A DNA stretch of 63,997 bases, filler included, from Squatina squatina (lineage: Eukaryota): assembly GCA_031763465.1 (NCBI GenBank). It is 4 parts of 4 records of this genome, joined end to end, with 100 filler letters (N's around TTAATTAATTAA, not from the genome) between each part and the next. Parts side by side here need not be neighbours in the genome. Positions count along the whole stretch, not along the records: positions 35,346 to 51,508 come from JARFOE010000007.1; positions 51,609 to 63,997 come from JARFOE010000192.1; 2 more parts are not named here. One strand, written 5' to 3'. The notes below the pieces were generated by a model. That model was not told the origin of the DNA and did no database searches. It saw only the letters and a program-made list of their open reading frames with translations. A program made the translations under genes and the position numbers. This document shows, one piece after another, positions 49,343 to 60,300 of the stretch (its first letter is position 1; every line of letters begins with the position of its first letter).

Positions 49343-51508
49343 NNNNNNNNNNNNNNNNNNNNNNNNNNNNNNNNNNNNNNNNNNNNNNNNNNNNNNNNNN
49401 NNNNNNNNNNNNNNNNNNNNNNNNNNNNNNNNNNNNNNNNNNCTGTAGACCTGCCCTCTAAGTATAAAACCACCCCAAAATCCTGGACTCAATACTAAAA
49501 CCACCACAGAATTAAGCATAATGGAGGGTTGACAGAAGCGTTATTTGAATACACTTAAACGCTTAGGAAAATTGCCGTTTTGGTTTCTCTCTGCCTTTTG
49601 TTTCCAAAGTGCTTCTCGATTCTATTCATCTGTACCATGAGCAGGGTGATTTCACGCTGAAGGGCTCGAGAGCACTTGATCCTCTGCTGATTATTTGTTC
49701 CCTGGCAAGTTGTATGTATTTAATGAACTGCTTTGCATGCTCGGATTCTGCCCGAAAATTAAGCGAGTCCTTTGTTTTCCCTCTTGGAACCCTCGCTCCG
49801 TGCATTACCTGCAACACTCACACTTGCCAATTGCCACAGGGCGCAGGAACGCCAGTACAATGCAGCTCATTGTTGCTGCCAGAAATGTTTTAGGAATCAG
49901 GCGTTTAACAAGAACAAAGGGAATTAATTGGCGGTTTAGGCCCTAATGAGGCTTGCTGTGCAAAATTAACAACTCTCATCAACAGACACAAACAGAGCNN
50001 NNNNNNNNNNNNNNNNNNNNNNNNNNNNNNNNNNNNNNNNNNNNNNNNNNNNNNNNNNNNNNNNNNNNNNNNNNNNNNNNNNNNNNNNNNNNNNNNNNCT
50101 GGGGACAGATACTCCCAGGGCTCTGTGTGGAGGAAAAGCAGCCCAGGAAGAGTGCCTCCAGTAGTGGACGTGGGGGAGATACCTCTCTTTTATAAAGTTG
50201 TGGCGTAAAAAGAAAGATGTCTCAGGGGACTTGACGGAGAGGAGAAGGAAAAATGGGCACCGAGGCAGTGAGGATGCCAGAAAGCGCGGTCAAATAGAAA
50301 GGTAATTAAGGAGTGTATGAAAATGAGGAGGAAGATAAACAAGACACACACACAAAAAGAATAAAGGTGCAGCGTTCAAACACACCGGGAACAGAACCCA
50401 TCATTTTATTCACTTTTCTCTTTTAACAGGGCAGTGAAATCTATGCAGCATAATTGCTTTGCCCCTGATCAGAATACTAGAACAATTTCAGTCTCATTGG
50501 CTGAAAAAAAACCCTGACACACCCGACAGCTCATAAACTCCTGCAAAGTTATGCATGCAGTGGTACGACACTGGATTAGAACCCAGACATAGCAGCAATC
50601 AATAACATGGGATCTGGGTCACTTGACAAGGTTAGCACACAATTTTAACAGGGGCAGGTCGGTCACTGGGGGTGGTGGGGAAGAGAGAGATGAGGTTACT
50701 GGCGAACCATTTCTCTGTTGTATTAGCATGATGAGTAGGTTGGGGGCACTTGTTCAACCGTGAGCGAACTTCACAAACAGCTTCTGATGATTTTACATCC
50801 TCTGCGATGAAATATTAGTTATTATAAAGCTATTAGAATCATTGCTATCCTAATGAAACCTCAAAATGCGATTCCACCGCTGGTTTAGGTTTGCTGTTAA
50901 ACATGAATAATTCAAAGATTTCCCACTTCTTTCAACTCAGGTCCCTGGAGCTTATTCCATCCATTGTCCATTGTGATGGGTCATTATGTAGCCAGCGAAT
51001 TTAATCTGTCAGGTTACTCAGTAGCATGGAAAAATGTATGAATAACAATTTTTGTGTAATAACCTTCAACTAACCTTTCAACTGAAGTGAATAATTCAAA
51101 TCCTATTTTCATATCAATGGAGGAGTCAAGCCAGGCAATTATCTCTTAACGGCGAGGTAACCCGTCTCTGAAAGGGACATTAAAGTCTTTTTTCCCTGAC
51201 AGTGAGACACAGAATTGGGAGGAGGAAGAGAGGGAGGAGGCGGTGAAGAGGAAGCAGATACACAGCGTGGGCAAAGCAGCTCTTGTCCACTTCAGCACAG
51301 CTCAGTATGGAACAGTACGGTTATTGAGACAGGCCACTATGTACTTTTCTAAAAGGGGAACTCCAGTCTTTTTCACCCCCTCTTGTGTTTTCTCCCTTTA
51401 GAAATAACAAACTTGCATTTCTATAGCACCTTTCACAACCTTGGGATGTTCCAAAGCACTTTACAGCCAATGAAGTACTTTTTGAAGTGTAGTCACTGCT
51501 GTAGTGTA

Positions 51509-51608
51509 NNNNNNNNNNNNNNNNNNNNNNNNNNNNNNNNNNNNNNNNNNNNTTAATTAATTAANNNNNNNNNNNNNNNNNNNNNNNNNNNNNNNNNNNN
51601 NNNNNNNN
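51509..51608. other. Artificial scaffold spacer
   Basis: TTAATTAATTAA at 51553-51564 within Ns. Confidence 0.95.
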
Positions 51609-52606
51609 GTAAACGAACAGTTGGATGTTTTAAAGGAGAAAAAAAAATTCTTTCCTATGTATAAATGGTAAACACACAGGACTAGGCAGTACACAAGTTA
51701 CAGAAATGTGCTGTAACTTGAACTCAACATCAGCGGTTGAGCACATTTGAACTTTGTCTATGGTTTTGAATAATAAATATGGTCATTTAGCAGTTAGAAT
51801 TCTAAAAATACAAAGTCTCCCGGTCGTTGAGAAACAAATCAAATTTAACATTGCAGTTCAAATTATAAGAAAATATCTGTTAGTGTTTTGTGATAATATT
51901 ATCTTGATACTTTATAAAAGAGCAATCATGCAACATCATGCAACAACAGAAATGAAAAAGAATTAAAGGAAAGATAACGGAAAAGCTTAATTCTAGAATG
52001 AAACCTTTCCTTCCTAACGAGCAAATCTGATAGTGTACATTTTATATTGTTACTGTTTTAAAATGTTTTATCGTGATTTATGATATCCTCAAGTTTACAG
52101 TATTGTCTATCGTGTTTTCAAATTCAGTTAAAGTCTGCTGAGTTTGAAATGAAAACCGTGCAGTTCCCCTTTCTTAAGAGTATTTTTTCAGACTAAATAA
52201 AAGCAATTTCAAAAGAAACTTTAAGCTTCCCGTCTTTAATTCTCACATTAACTGAAATATAAAAGCTATGATTTTTCGTTGATAATGGCGTAGTAGCATT
52301 TGTTAAGTGGATTGAAGAGTCTGTAAATTATTGTATGGATTTTGGTCGAATAAAACGTCCATGTCGTATCTACATGGAGTCTGATCACCTACCTTTTGTT
52401 AGCAAACCAGATATTTTGGAGCTCTTTTGAAACATCCCGAACGCATTGGATTTAACTTATCTCTCAAGGATCTGCAACATTCAAATCGGGCTTTAAGTAA
52501 CGAAAATAATTCTTTTGGAACTCTTACTTTTGGATTAGCGATGGACAAAGTATTTTTCCTTCTTGGTTTTTGCTGCCCGACAGCGGCTTTGACATTGATC
52601 TAAATT

Positions 52607-52622
52607 GCGCCACCATGTGGAC
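52607..52622 (-). promoter_or_regulatory. Candidate CTCF site on the HoxA10 side of HoxA11
   Basis: Minus GTCCACATGGTGGCGC fits the CTCF core CCACnnGGTGGCGC. Position matches the known HoxA 10|11 boundary. Confidence 0.5.
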
Positions 52623-55600
52623 TGAACGTCCTATTGAAAGGATTCATTGTCACAACTGCGGTAGCACAAAAACCTAGATCGAACGCAAAAGAGGTATCTA
52701 GAATGTGAGAATAGCTAAAATCGAGTTATTTGATTACGTTCTCCGCATTTGCAATTCTAAATCTACTGCGGTAATCTTGGAAATATGCAGATAGCCACAT
52801 TAAACAGACTTTATGACATGTCCTGCTGTTAGTAACCAGAGCAACAGAGACGAACCCTTGTCATTTGCCTTGAATGCCACAGCCCCATAATCTGGTACAA
52901 CGCTGGTCTCACCTCCCTCTTTCGTACAGCTAAAAGCTACACTCATATCTTTAATCACAGCTAGTATCATTCATTATTAAAAGGACCTCACACGCAACAT
53001 TAAACTTCCGTGATACTAGATCATGACTCGCTAGGAACTCTGCAGTCCTCTTGATCAATCTCTTACAATTTGTATCGGGCTCCCGTCACCCCCGGCGGGA
53101 GTCTAACCAGTATATGGAAGCTTCAGGGCTGATTATCCCTTCACCCCCAAGGTTAGAGGTGACGTCCATGGCGCAACAGAAGTTCAAAGCCAGGAAACAA
53201 GCAGGAAAGCAGAATGCAAACCAGCATTAAATATATTAGAATACAAATGAAAGTTGTTGCAATCACTTCTAAAGTAGATCCCTAAAAATCCAATCAATCG
53301 CAGTGGAATATTTGCCAATCGGAAAGCCTAGATTCGCAATATTATCCAAATTACAGAGTCAATTTTTTGTTTAGACAAAATAAACTAAGTTTAAATTAAT
53401 TCGAAGTCTGACATTCCAACCGATTTTGTCTCTGTCAGCAACATGACACGTTGTGTGGCATGACTTTGACTTGTGCCATGTGAAAGGTAACTGAAGTTGC
53501 ATTGTCTAAAATTTGATTTGAATTTATAGGTTTCCAGAAAATAAACCAAAGAAAAACATACTAATGTATATAGGATGATGTGGAATGTTCTCCAGCTTTA
53601 ATGATTGTTTATTACGTACATGAAACGCACAATAATACAGTACTTTGCAGGTGTTTTAGTTTTCGTCTTGAATACCCGACAAAGTTCAAGAAGCCTACAT
53701 TGATCGACATCAAGAAAAAGCACCTTTTGGTACTTTTCCCACCTTGAATCCCATTGTGCGCTCTCTGAACGTGTACATGCAAATCTTACACCTTTTAGTC
53801 AACTCGATAAATATAAATTATATACAAATGTTAACCAAATGTTGATATCACATTTAATTTAACCGCATTTGATTAAGACTTGCTCTTAAAAGAATTTGTG
53901 TTTCTTTTCAAAATCTAAATGCTTAATGTAAAAAAAACACCACGTTCTGTGGTGCATATTCCAGCCTTTTAATACATTTCAGTGTTTTGCAAATTAAACT
54001 AGAATAACCAAAGAAAGTAACGGCGAGGACTCGACCACTGTCATCTGGCGTTTTNNNNNNNNNNNNNNNNNNNNNNNNNNNNNNNNNNNNNNNNNNNNNN
54101 NNNNNNNNNNNNNNNNNNNNNNNNNNNNNNNNNNNNNNNNNNNNNNNNNNNNNNTTTATGAGAAAGTACAATAAAATCATCTACTTTAATGATGGCAATG
54201 ATAGAGACCACAACGAAACTTTACATTAAATTGGTATAATAAACAAAGCTGTTTTTAAAGGCTGGTATATGTTATCAGGTAACGTGTAGACGATATTTGT
54301 ACAATACGGCCTATATGTATATCGGCCTATAAAAAGCTTATATGGTGAATGTACAGGAAATGTTACCATTGTGCAATAAAACACGTATGTGTTTAATGAA
54401 AATAATTTCTGTCTTTGGTTCACACGGATAAAGATGGCTTCAATATTGTAAATACTGCAGACTTGTCACCTTTTGGAGGAATCCGTGAAAATAATAGATG
54501 CATGAGCAGCAGTTTTTAAACACTATTCCTATTTAAAACTGTCAATACACATTCATATTGTACCAAAAGAGCGATATATTTACAATACTTTGTGCTCAAG
54601 TATGCCATCACGGGTAGCATCTCTTTCCTTTCAAAAGTTAAAAGTAAAAACTGCATTTGCAAATTACGACGCACAATGTGGCAAGTACAAATAAACACCC
54701 ACGGATTGCTTCAGCAAGCACAGAATAGCCTGTTTTCGAAAATCTTAATACTCCAAGCTATGTTTTAAACGGCAAAGTGTTTATATATAGAGCCCCACAG
54801 CTAAAAAGATACAGAATTTTACATTTTAACCAGAATTTAATTACACTTGTTTATTTTGGTGGCGAATATGAATTAAACGCCTTCGATTCCCATTAGCAAC
54901 CGCTTTTTTACTATGAATTTCAGACTGGATATTTACATGCATGCTCTCCGTTTGNNNNNNNNNNNNNNNNNNNNNNNNNNNNNNNNNNNNNNNNNNNNNN
55001 NNNNNNNNNNNNNNNNNNNNNNNNNNNNNNNNNNNNNNNNNNNNNNNNNNNNNNNNNNNNNNNNNATATGCACAAGTTTCAGTATTCTAAGCAGCGATGA
55101 GCAGGCATTGTTTAGAGAATTATCGAGCTAATTTCCCACCTTACGGAAGGTTCAGTTACAAAAGAACGAGGCTGGTTGCTACTCCGTGTAACTGAAGATA
55201 AAAATATATATCCAATAGTTGTGATTGGTAGTGAGGGCCATTGAAAGCTTCCTAATCTAAAGCATGCGCACATTTTATTAGATTATTTTAAAAAATATAA
55301 TCATTTTCTGTCAACATTTTAGTTATATTAGCAGTAAAAATGTTGCCACCGCTCCTACCCAAGCATGGATACTCGAGATGATCAAAGACTGTACTCTGTG
55401 CTGGTGTGACATTGACATATTCACCTGGGACCGTTTTCCAGCCAAGAATCGGTGCTGCGCAGGTAGGGTCTGATGCAACTAAACTCAAAATTGGGCCTCG
55501 GGCCTCGTTTCAATAAGTTTGATGGGGCGCCTGTCTGGCCTCCACAGCTGCCCTCAGCAAAGTGCCGGGAGGAGAGGGGAGGACAGTGGAAGGGAGGTCA

Positions 55601-56899
55601 GGGTGGACAGACTGTGGCCGGCAGTGGCTGACAGGAGAGTTATGGAGCTGAGCATGGAATTTAAAAAATAAATTAAGTTCACCTGTTCTGGTGGTGGCCC
55701 CTTGTAAGGCTACATCCATGCCTAGTTCTGAAGGTTTTTAGGTGTCCTTGAGACACAGGGAATAGTCGTGCAAAATCAGAAATTTTGCCCCCCATCTTCT
55801 GTCCAGAAAACTGGCACAACGATGACCAATTTGTAATGTGAGAAAGGAGACATGAGTCGTTTTTACCTCTCTGCACCAATAGGATACATTTTGACTGGGA
55901 CCAGCTCAAGATGAAAAGCTAGATAGACAGTTACTTAAGCAACTAAAAGAAACTAAATTGTAATGCGATAATTACGGGTATTTAAGCGACCCTGATAGCT
56001 CGGCATGTTCATCCATTGAATAACTGAGGCTCTGCAAGATCTAGAAGGTGCCAGTCTGTCCTGAAACAACTGATCCCATCTCATTGCTCTGAGGTTAGGT
56101 AGGGAAAAGATGGCCACAGCAAATACTATATTAGAGTTAGAAATCGGCAGTCTATTCAGAGTGATTAGTAACCTTGGAAGCAGGCGATTACTTAGATTCC
56201 AGTAATCTCTGAGTGATTTTAAAACCTAATTGAGGCAATGGTTGGAAGTAATGCAGATGGGCAAGAACAAATTTGGAGTAAGGAGGGGACACCTGGCTTG
56301 GGATCCTGCTCTTGGTTGAAAGCATCCAGTATCCACAGGAAAGGATGACACTGGGGAGACATGATCAGATTTGGGTTGTGATCCCCTCCCCGCATGACCA
56401 AATAATTTGCCAATGCTCAAGACTTAGACGTTAGAAATTATAAGATAGGTGAAGTGCCAGAGGGGCACTGGTATCTGTGGAATTGTACTCCAATGTAAAA
56501 GGAGCTGGGGAAGGGAGAAGCAGCATAAACTGGAGAGGGGAAAATTATGTTGGTGCTGTTTCCTTTCCGACCACCAGATGAGAAGATTTGCTCTGTGTGC
56601 AAAATGTAATGAAATCATAANNNNNNNNNNNNNNNNNNNNNNNNNNNNNNNNNNNNNNNNNNNNNNNNNNNNNNNNNNNNNNNNNNNNNNNNNNNNNNNN
56701 NNNNNNNNNNNNNNNNNNNNGTTCATTTTTGTCTGTTCAAATAATTTTTTAAAATAAAGTTAACTAATGACCTCTGATGATGTGGCCGTGACCAGGGGTT
56801 TAAACTGAAGGAGTTGCTGAGCCCGGTGTTCTTAGGGAGCAGGACTGACTCATGCAGTCAGGAACTCCGAGAGCTTCAGCTAATGTCTCACTTATTCAG

Positions 56900-57165
56900 T
56901 ACATAAGAATTAGGAGCAGGAGTAGGCCATACCGCCCTGCGAGCCTGCTTTGCCATTCAATAAGATCATGGCGGAGCTTCAACCTCAACTCCACTTTCCA
57001 GCCCGATCCCCATATCCCTCGAGTCCTTCACTGTCCAAATTTCTATCGATCTTAGCCTTGAATATGTTCAACAACTGAGCCTCCACAGCCCTCTGGGGTA
57101 GAGAATTCCAAAGATTCACAACCCTCTGAGTGAAGAAATTTCTCATCTCAGTCCTAAATGCCAAC
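56900..57165 (-). mobile_element. CR1 LINE 3' end
   Basis: FRTEMRNFFTQRVVNLWNSLPQRAVEA..LN.FK..IDR.L, then a 3' UTR ending ...ttcttatg. Confidence 0.85.
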
Positions 57166-57982
57166 ACCAATTTGACAGAGGGGGCCTAAAGCAGGCATTC
57201 AGCCTGATATATATGTAAATATGGGGCATATTGCCTGTTTTAGGCAGCTGCCAAGGACATCTGAAAGATTAGACGGCAGCGGACATTGGCCTTGTCGTGC
57301 CTGTTTTAAGATTGCAAGGTTCAACTTATATCCCTTAACCTCCAATGCAAATTGCAAACAGAGCATAGAATTGTATTTAATCTTTACCCAGTCCTTGTAC
57401 CTACAATGAGTATGACGATTTGTTAAGAAAGCACTTAAACTCCAAGTTAAATGTCATGTGAAGTGGTTTTGTGTGTACCGGAGTGAATCAGTGCGAAACT
57501 TCATCCGCCACACAGAGTCTCGCTCTGCTTCACTCCAGACTTAGGTTGGGCCTTGACTCCGAATCTCTGTGGCCAGATTACGGTTGATGTGAAGCTGAAA
57601 CCGTTTTATACCAGTATTAAACTTGTAGTGTAAATGCACCCTTGGATTTTGATTTATTTATTGAAAAAAAAAGCCATAAAGAGAGAAAACGTAGCGGGAA
57701 TGAAAGCTCGCTGCTCTCTCTGGCTGTTATAGTGGATGAGAATGAGAGGAAGTTGTATCTCTTAATATCCTGCAATAAAATCCTTTGCACGTGACTCTAT
57801 TCCCTGAATGAATGCACTAAAATGTTCGAAATAAATAGCCGAATTGCGGAATGTTAAAAGCTTACATTCTGGCTATTCTTTGCCGTGGAAGGATGTCGGT
57901 TTTCTCAGAACTACAGTGGTTAAGGATATATTGCAGTGACAGCACTCTGAGCTACGCGCCACAGTCTAACTCCACGAGCGAG

Positions 57983-58200
57983 TCACTCGAACTCTTTAAC
58001 GTGTTCCTTGCTGAGTCTTTTCATCTTCATCCTCCTGTTCTGAAACCAGATTTTAACTTGCCGGTCGGTTAAGTTGAGCATCCGGGAAAGTTGCAGCCGC
58101 TTCTCTTTGTTGATATAGACACTGAAAAAAAATTCCCTCTCCAGCTCCCTGATCTGGTACTTGGTGTAGGGACACCTCTTTTTGCGTGTACGCTGGCCAC
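57983..58200 (-). CDS. HOXA11: HOXA11 exon 2 (homeobox) with atypical C-terminal tail
   Basis: gttacag|[58 protein letters not shown], the canonical A11 sequence, then [16 protein letters not shown]. Confidence 0.9.
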
Positions 58201-59189
58201 CTGTAACAGGTAAACAGTGCGTTAAAACTCTGAGAGTTGGAAATGAGAGGAACCATCATTTTTTTCCGAGCGTTAACATATGCTTTGCTGTGAACACATT
58301 CTCAGGAAAAACTCTCCATGGCTCCTGATTTTCACACGCCGATCTTGGTCAGCAGTACCCAAACTACAGAACTGTTCGCTGCAGCATTAACTCGTTTTTT
58401 TCTTTCATATTGTGAATGGTCCTTGGAACAAAAGATGGCTGCCTGGATCTGCACTGATTCTACTGGTTGTGGAATTCTCAAGTTGACGCTGTAGTACTCC
58501 CATTCCAACGATATACATGAAAGTTACAAATGAGCTTCCCGTAACCAGGGACGAGCTTCAACTTTTAGAAGGGAAATATTTTTGAAAGGTGAACCGTTCC
58601 AGTATGAGCGCATTAAAGGCAGAAAATGGATGAAATGCAAGATGTACAAAGTTTTATTGCATTTGAAAGGGGTTGGGGATAGGGGCACTTGAGCCAGCGT
58701 TTTAAAAGATATTGGGAAGCACGAATTAGTTTCCTTAGGGGAGGGGACTTTATTATGTAGTCATTCCGTGTTGTAAAACTCGACATGGAGCAGCCTTCAG
58801 AAGTAATATTGCAGCGTTCAGACTGCGCTGATCGGATGTCCAGCTATAAAATGTGATTATTAAATAAAATACGGCCGCTCGGTCCTGAAATAAGTTTTAT
58901 GATGGAAAGTTCCACGCTAAAGGTATTCTAGTATTTATGCAGCAGTTAAAAATGTCATTTTACCATATTATGTTTTAAAGCGGTTACTTATGGAACTCAA
59001 TACAACCTATAAATAGAGTTTCTGTGTCAACACGTGTGTTTTATAGAATTGCTGAGCCGTGTTAAGACACGCAAAGATCACAATAGCCAAAAGCAAATTT
59101 TTCATGTATTTACACCTAATAATTTAAATGATCCGATTTTTAACCCCAATCTCACTTTTTGAGGTGCTATTGGAAGTATTTTAATGCAG

Positions 59190-59340
59190 CGATTGGCTGG
59201 AGTTATTTCACGGCCAATTTCAGAGCTGAACACGTGATCTTGTCATTTATGTAAAAAAAAGTTTTGTTGGGAAATCTACAGGCCATCCATAAACCCCCTT
59301 ATATGCTTATAAAACAGCACATAAAAATTTTAACAGCAGC
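59190..59340. promoter_or_regulatory. HoxA11 intronic conserved element with clustered TTTAT (Abd-B/Cdx-type) sites
   Basis: ccataaaccccttatatgcttataaaacagcacataaaa resembles, from memory, the mammalian HOXA11 intron element. A second motif cluster lies at about 58840-58915. Confidence 0.55.
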
Positions 59341-59390
59341 GCGCGAGATCGCAAAACTTTCTCTCATAAGTGGGCACTGATTCTACCTAC

Positions 59391-59995
59391 TGGAGTTGCT
59401 GCCTTTTTCCTCATTGTTGCCGGAAGAAGACTCCGGGCTGCTGCTCCCGGGGCTCGTCTCTTTCTCCACGGACACCCTCGAAGTCTCCGAACTTGAAGTT
59501 GCCGCAGACGGCACTTTATCTGGGCTCTTCTCCCCGCAATACTCCGACTGCTGATTCTCACTGGAACCGTAGGCAGTCTCGAAGAACTGATCAAATCCTT
59601 GCGGCAGGACACCGTTCCTACCCACCGGGTTGTAGAAGCTGGAAGACGCGTTGGAGCTGGGGTGGTAAACGCTGGCGCTATTTTTCATTAACATCTCACC
59701 CATGGTGCTGGCAGGCAGACATTCTCTGTGCATCAGCTCCTCTGCGGAATAGCAATGGGGCAGATTGCCCCTGTGATGCCACTTATTGGAAGGATCGATG
59801 GCATAGTCTCTGAAGGTAACTTCTCGCACAGGTTGAACCTGGGGGATATTAGACGAGTAAGAGTATGTCATGGGGCGAGAAGCCGGTGTTTGNNNNNNNN
59901 NNCAGGCTGGAGAAATCCGGACCCGAGACATAATAGGTGCAGCTAGGCAAATAAAGATTAGAGCCACAAGAAACCCGCTCATCAAAATCCATCAT
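59391..59995 (-). CDS. HOXA11: HOXA11 exon 1 (10-N gap at 59893-59902)
   Basis: [60 protein letters not shown]...[20 protein letters not shown]...SSSPESSSG. Donor a|gtaggt is in phase with exon 2. Confidence 0.95.
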
Positions 59996-60059
59996 CGCTT
60001 TCTTGGGGTCCCCTAGCGCAAGAATAGCTTGCATTCGCACAGCTAAACATGGTCCTTAG

Positions 60060-60300
60060 ATGCTGCTGCCTCTTTGAAGCTGATCCGCGGAGTAAAAATT
60101 TGGAAACGTAAGCTGACGTGGAAATGTATCTCCATACATCGCAGGGNNNNNNNNNNNNNNNNNNNNNNNNNNNNNNNNNNNNNNNNNNNNNNNNNNNNNN
60201 NNNNNNNNNNNNNNNNNNNNNNNNNNNNNNNNNNNNNNNNNNNNNNCGCAGGGACAAGCCAGTCATGTGACCTGCTGCCTGGTGAAATTGACATGCATCA
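60060..60300 (-). promoter_or_regulatory. HoxA11 conserved 5'UTR and proximal promoter (gap inside)
   Basis: Minus tttccacgtcagcttacgtttccaaattt...cggatcagcttcaaagaggcagc and gtcaatttca...ggtcacatgac (E-box) resemble, from memory, the human HOXA11 leader. Confidence 0.6.

Noticed and set aside
59893-59902. Apparent frameshift in HOXA11 exon 1 (likewise RRS1 at 21756-21765)
   Set aside because: Caused by 10-N placeholder gaps; the expected missing peptide (about PSFLP, 15 nt) restores the frame.
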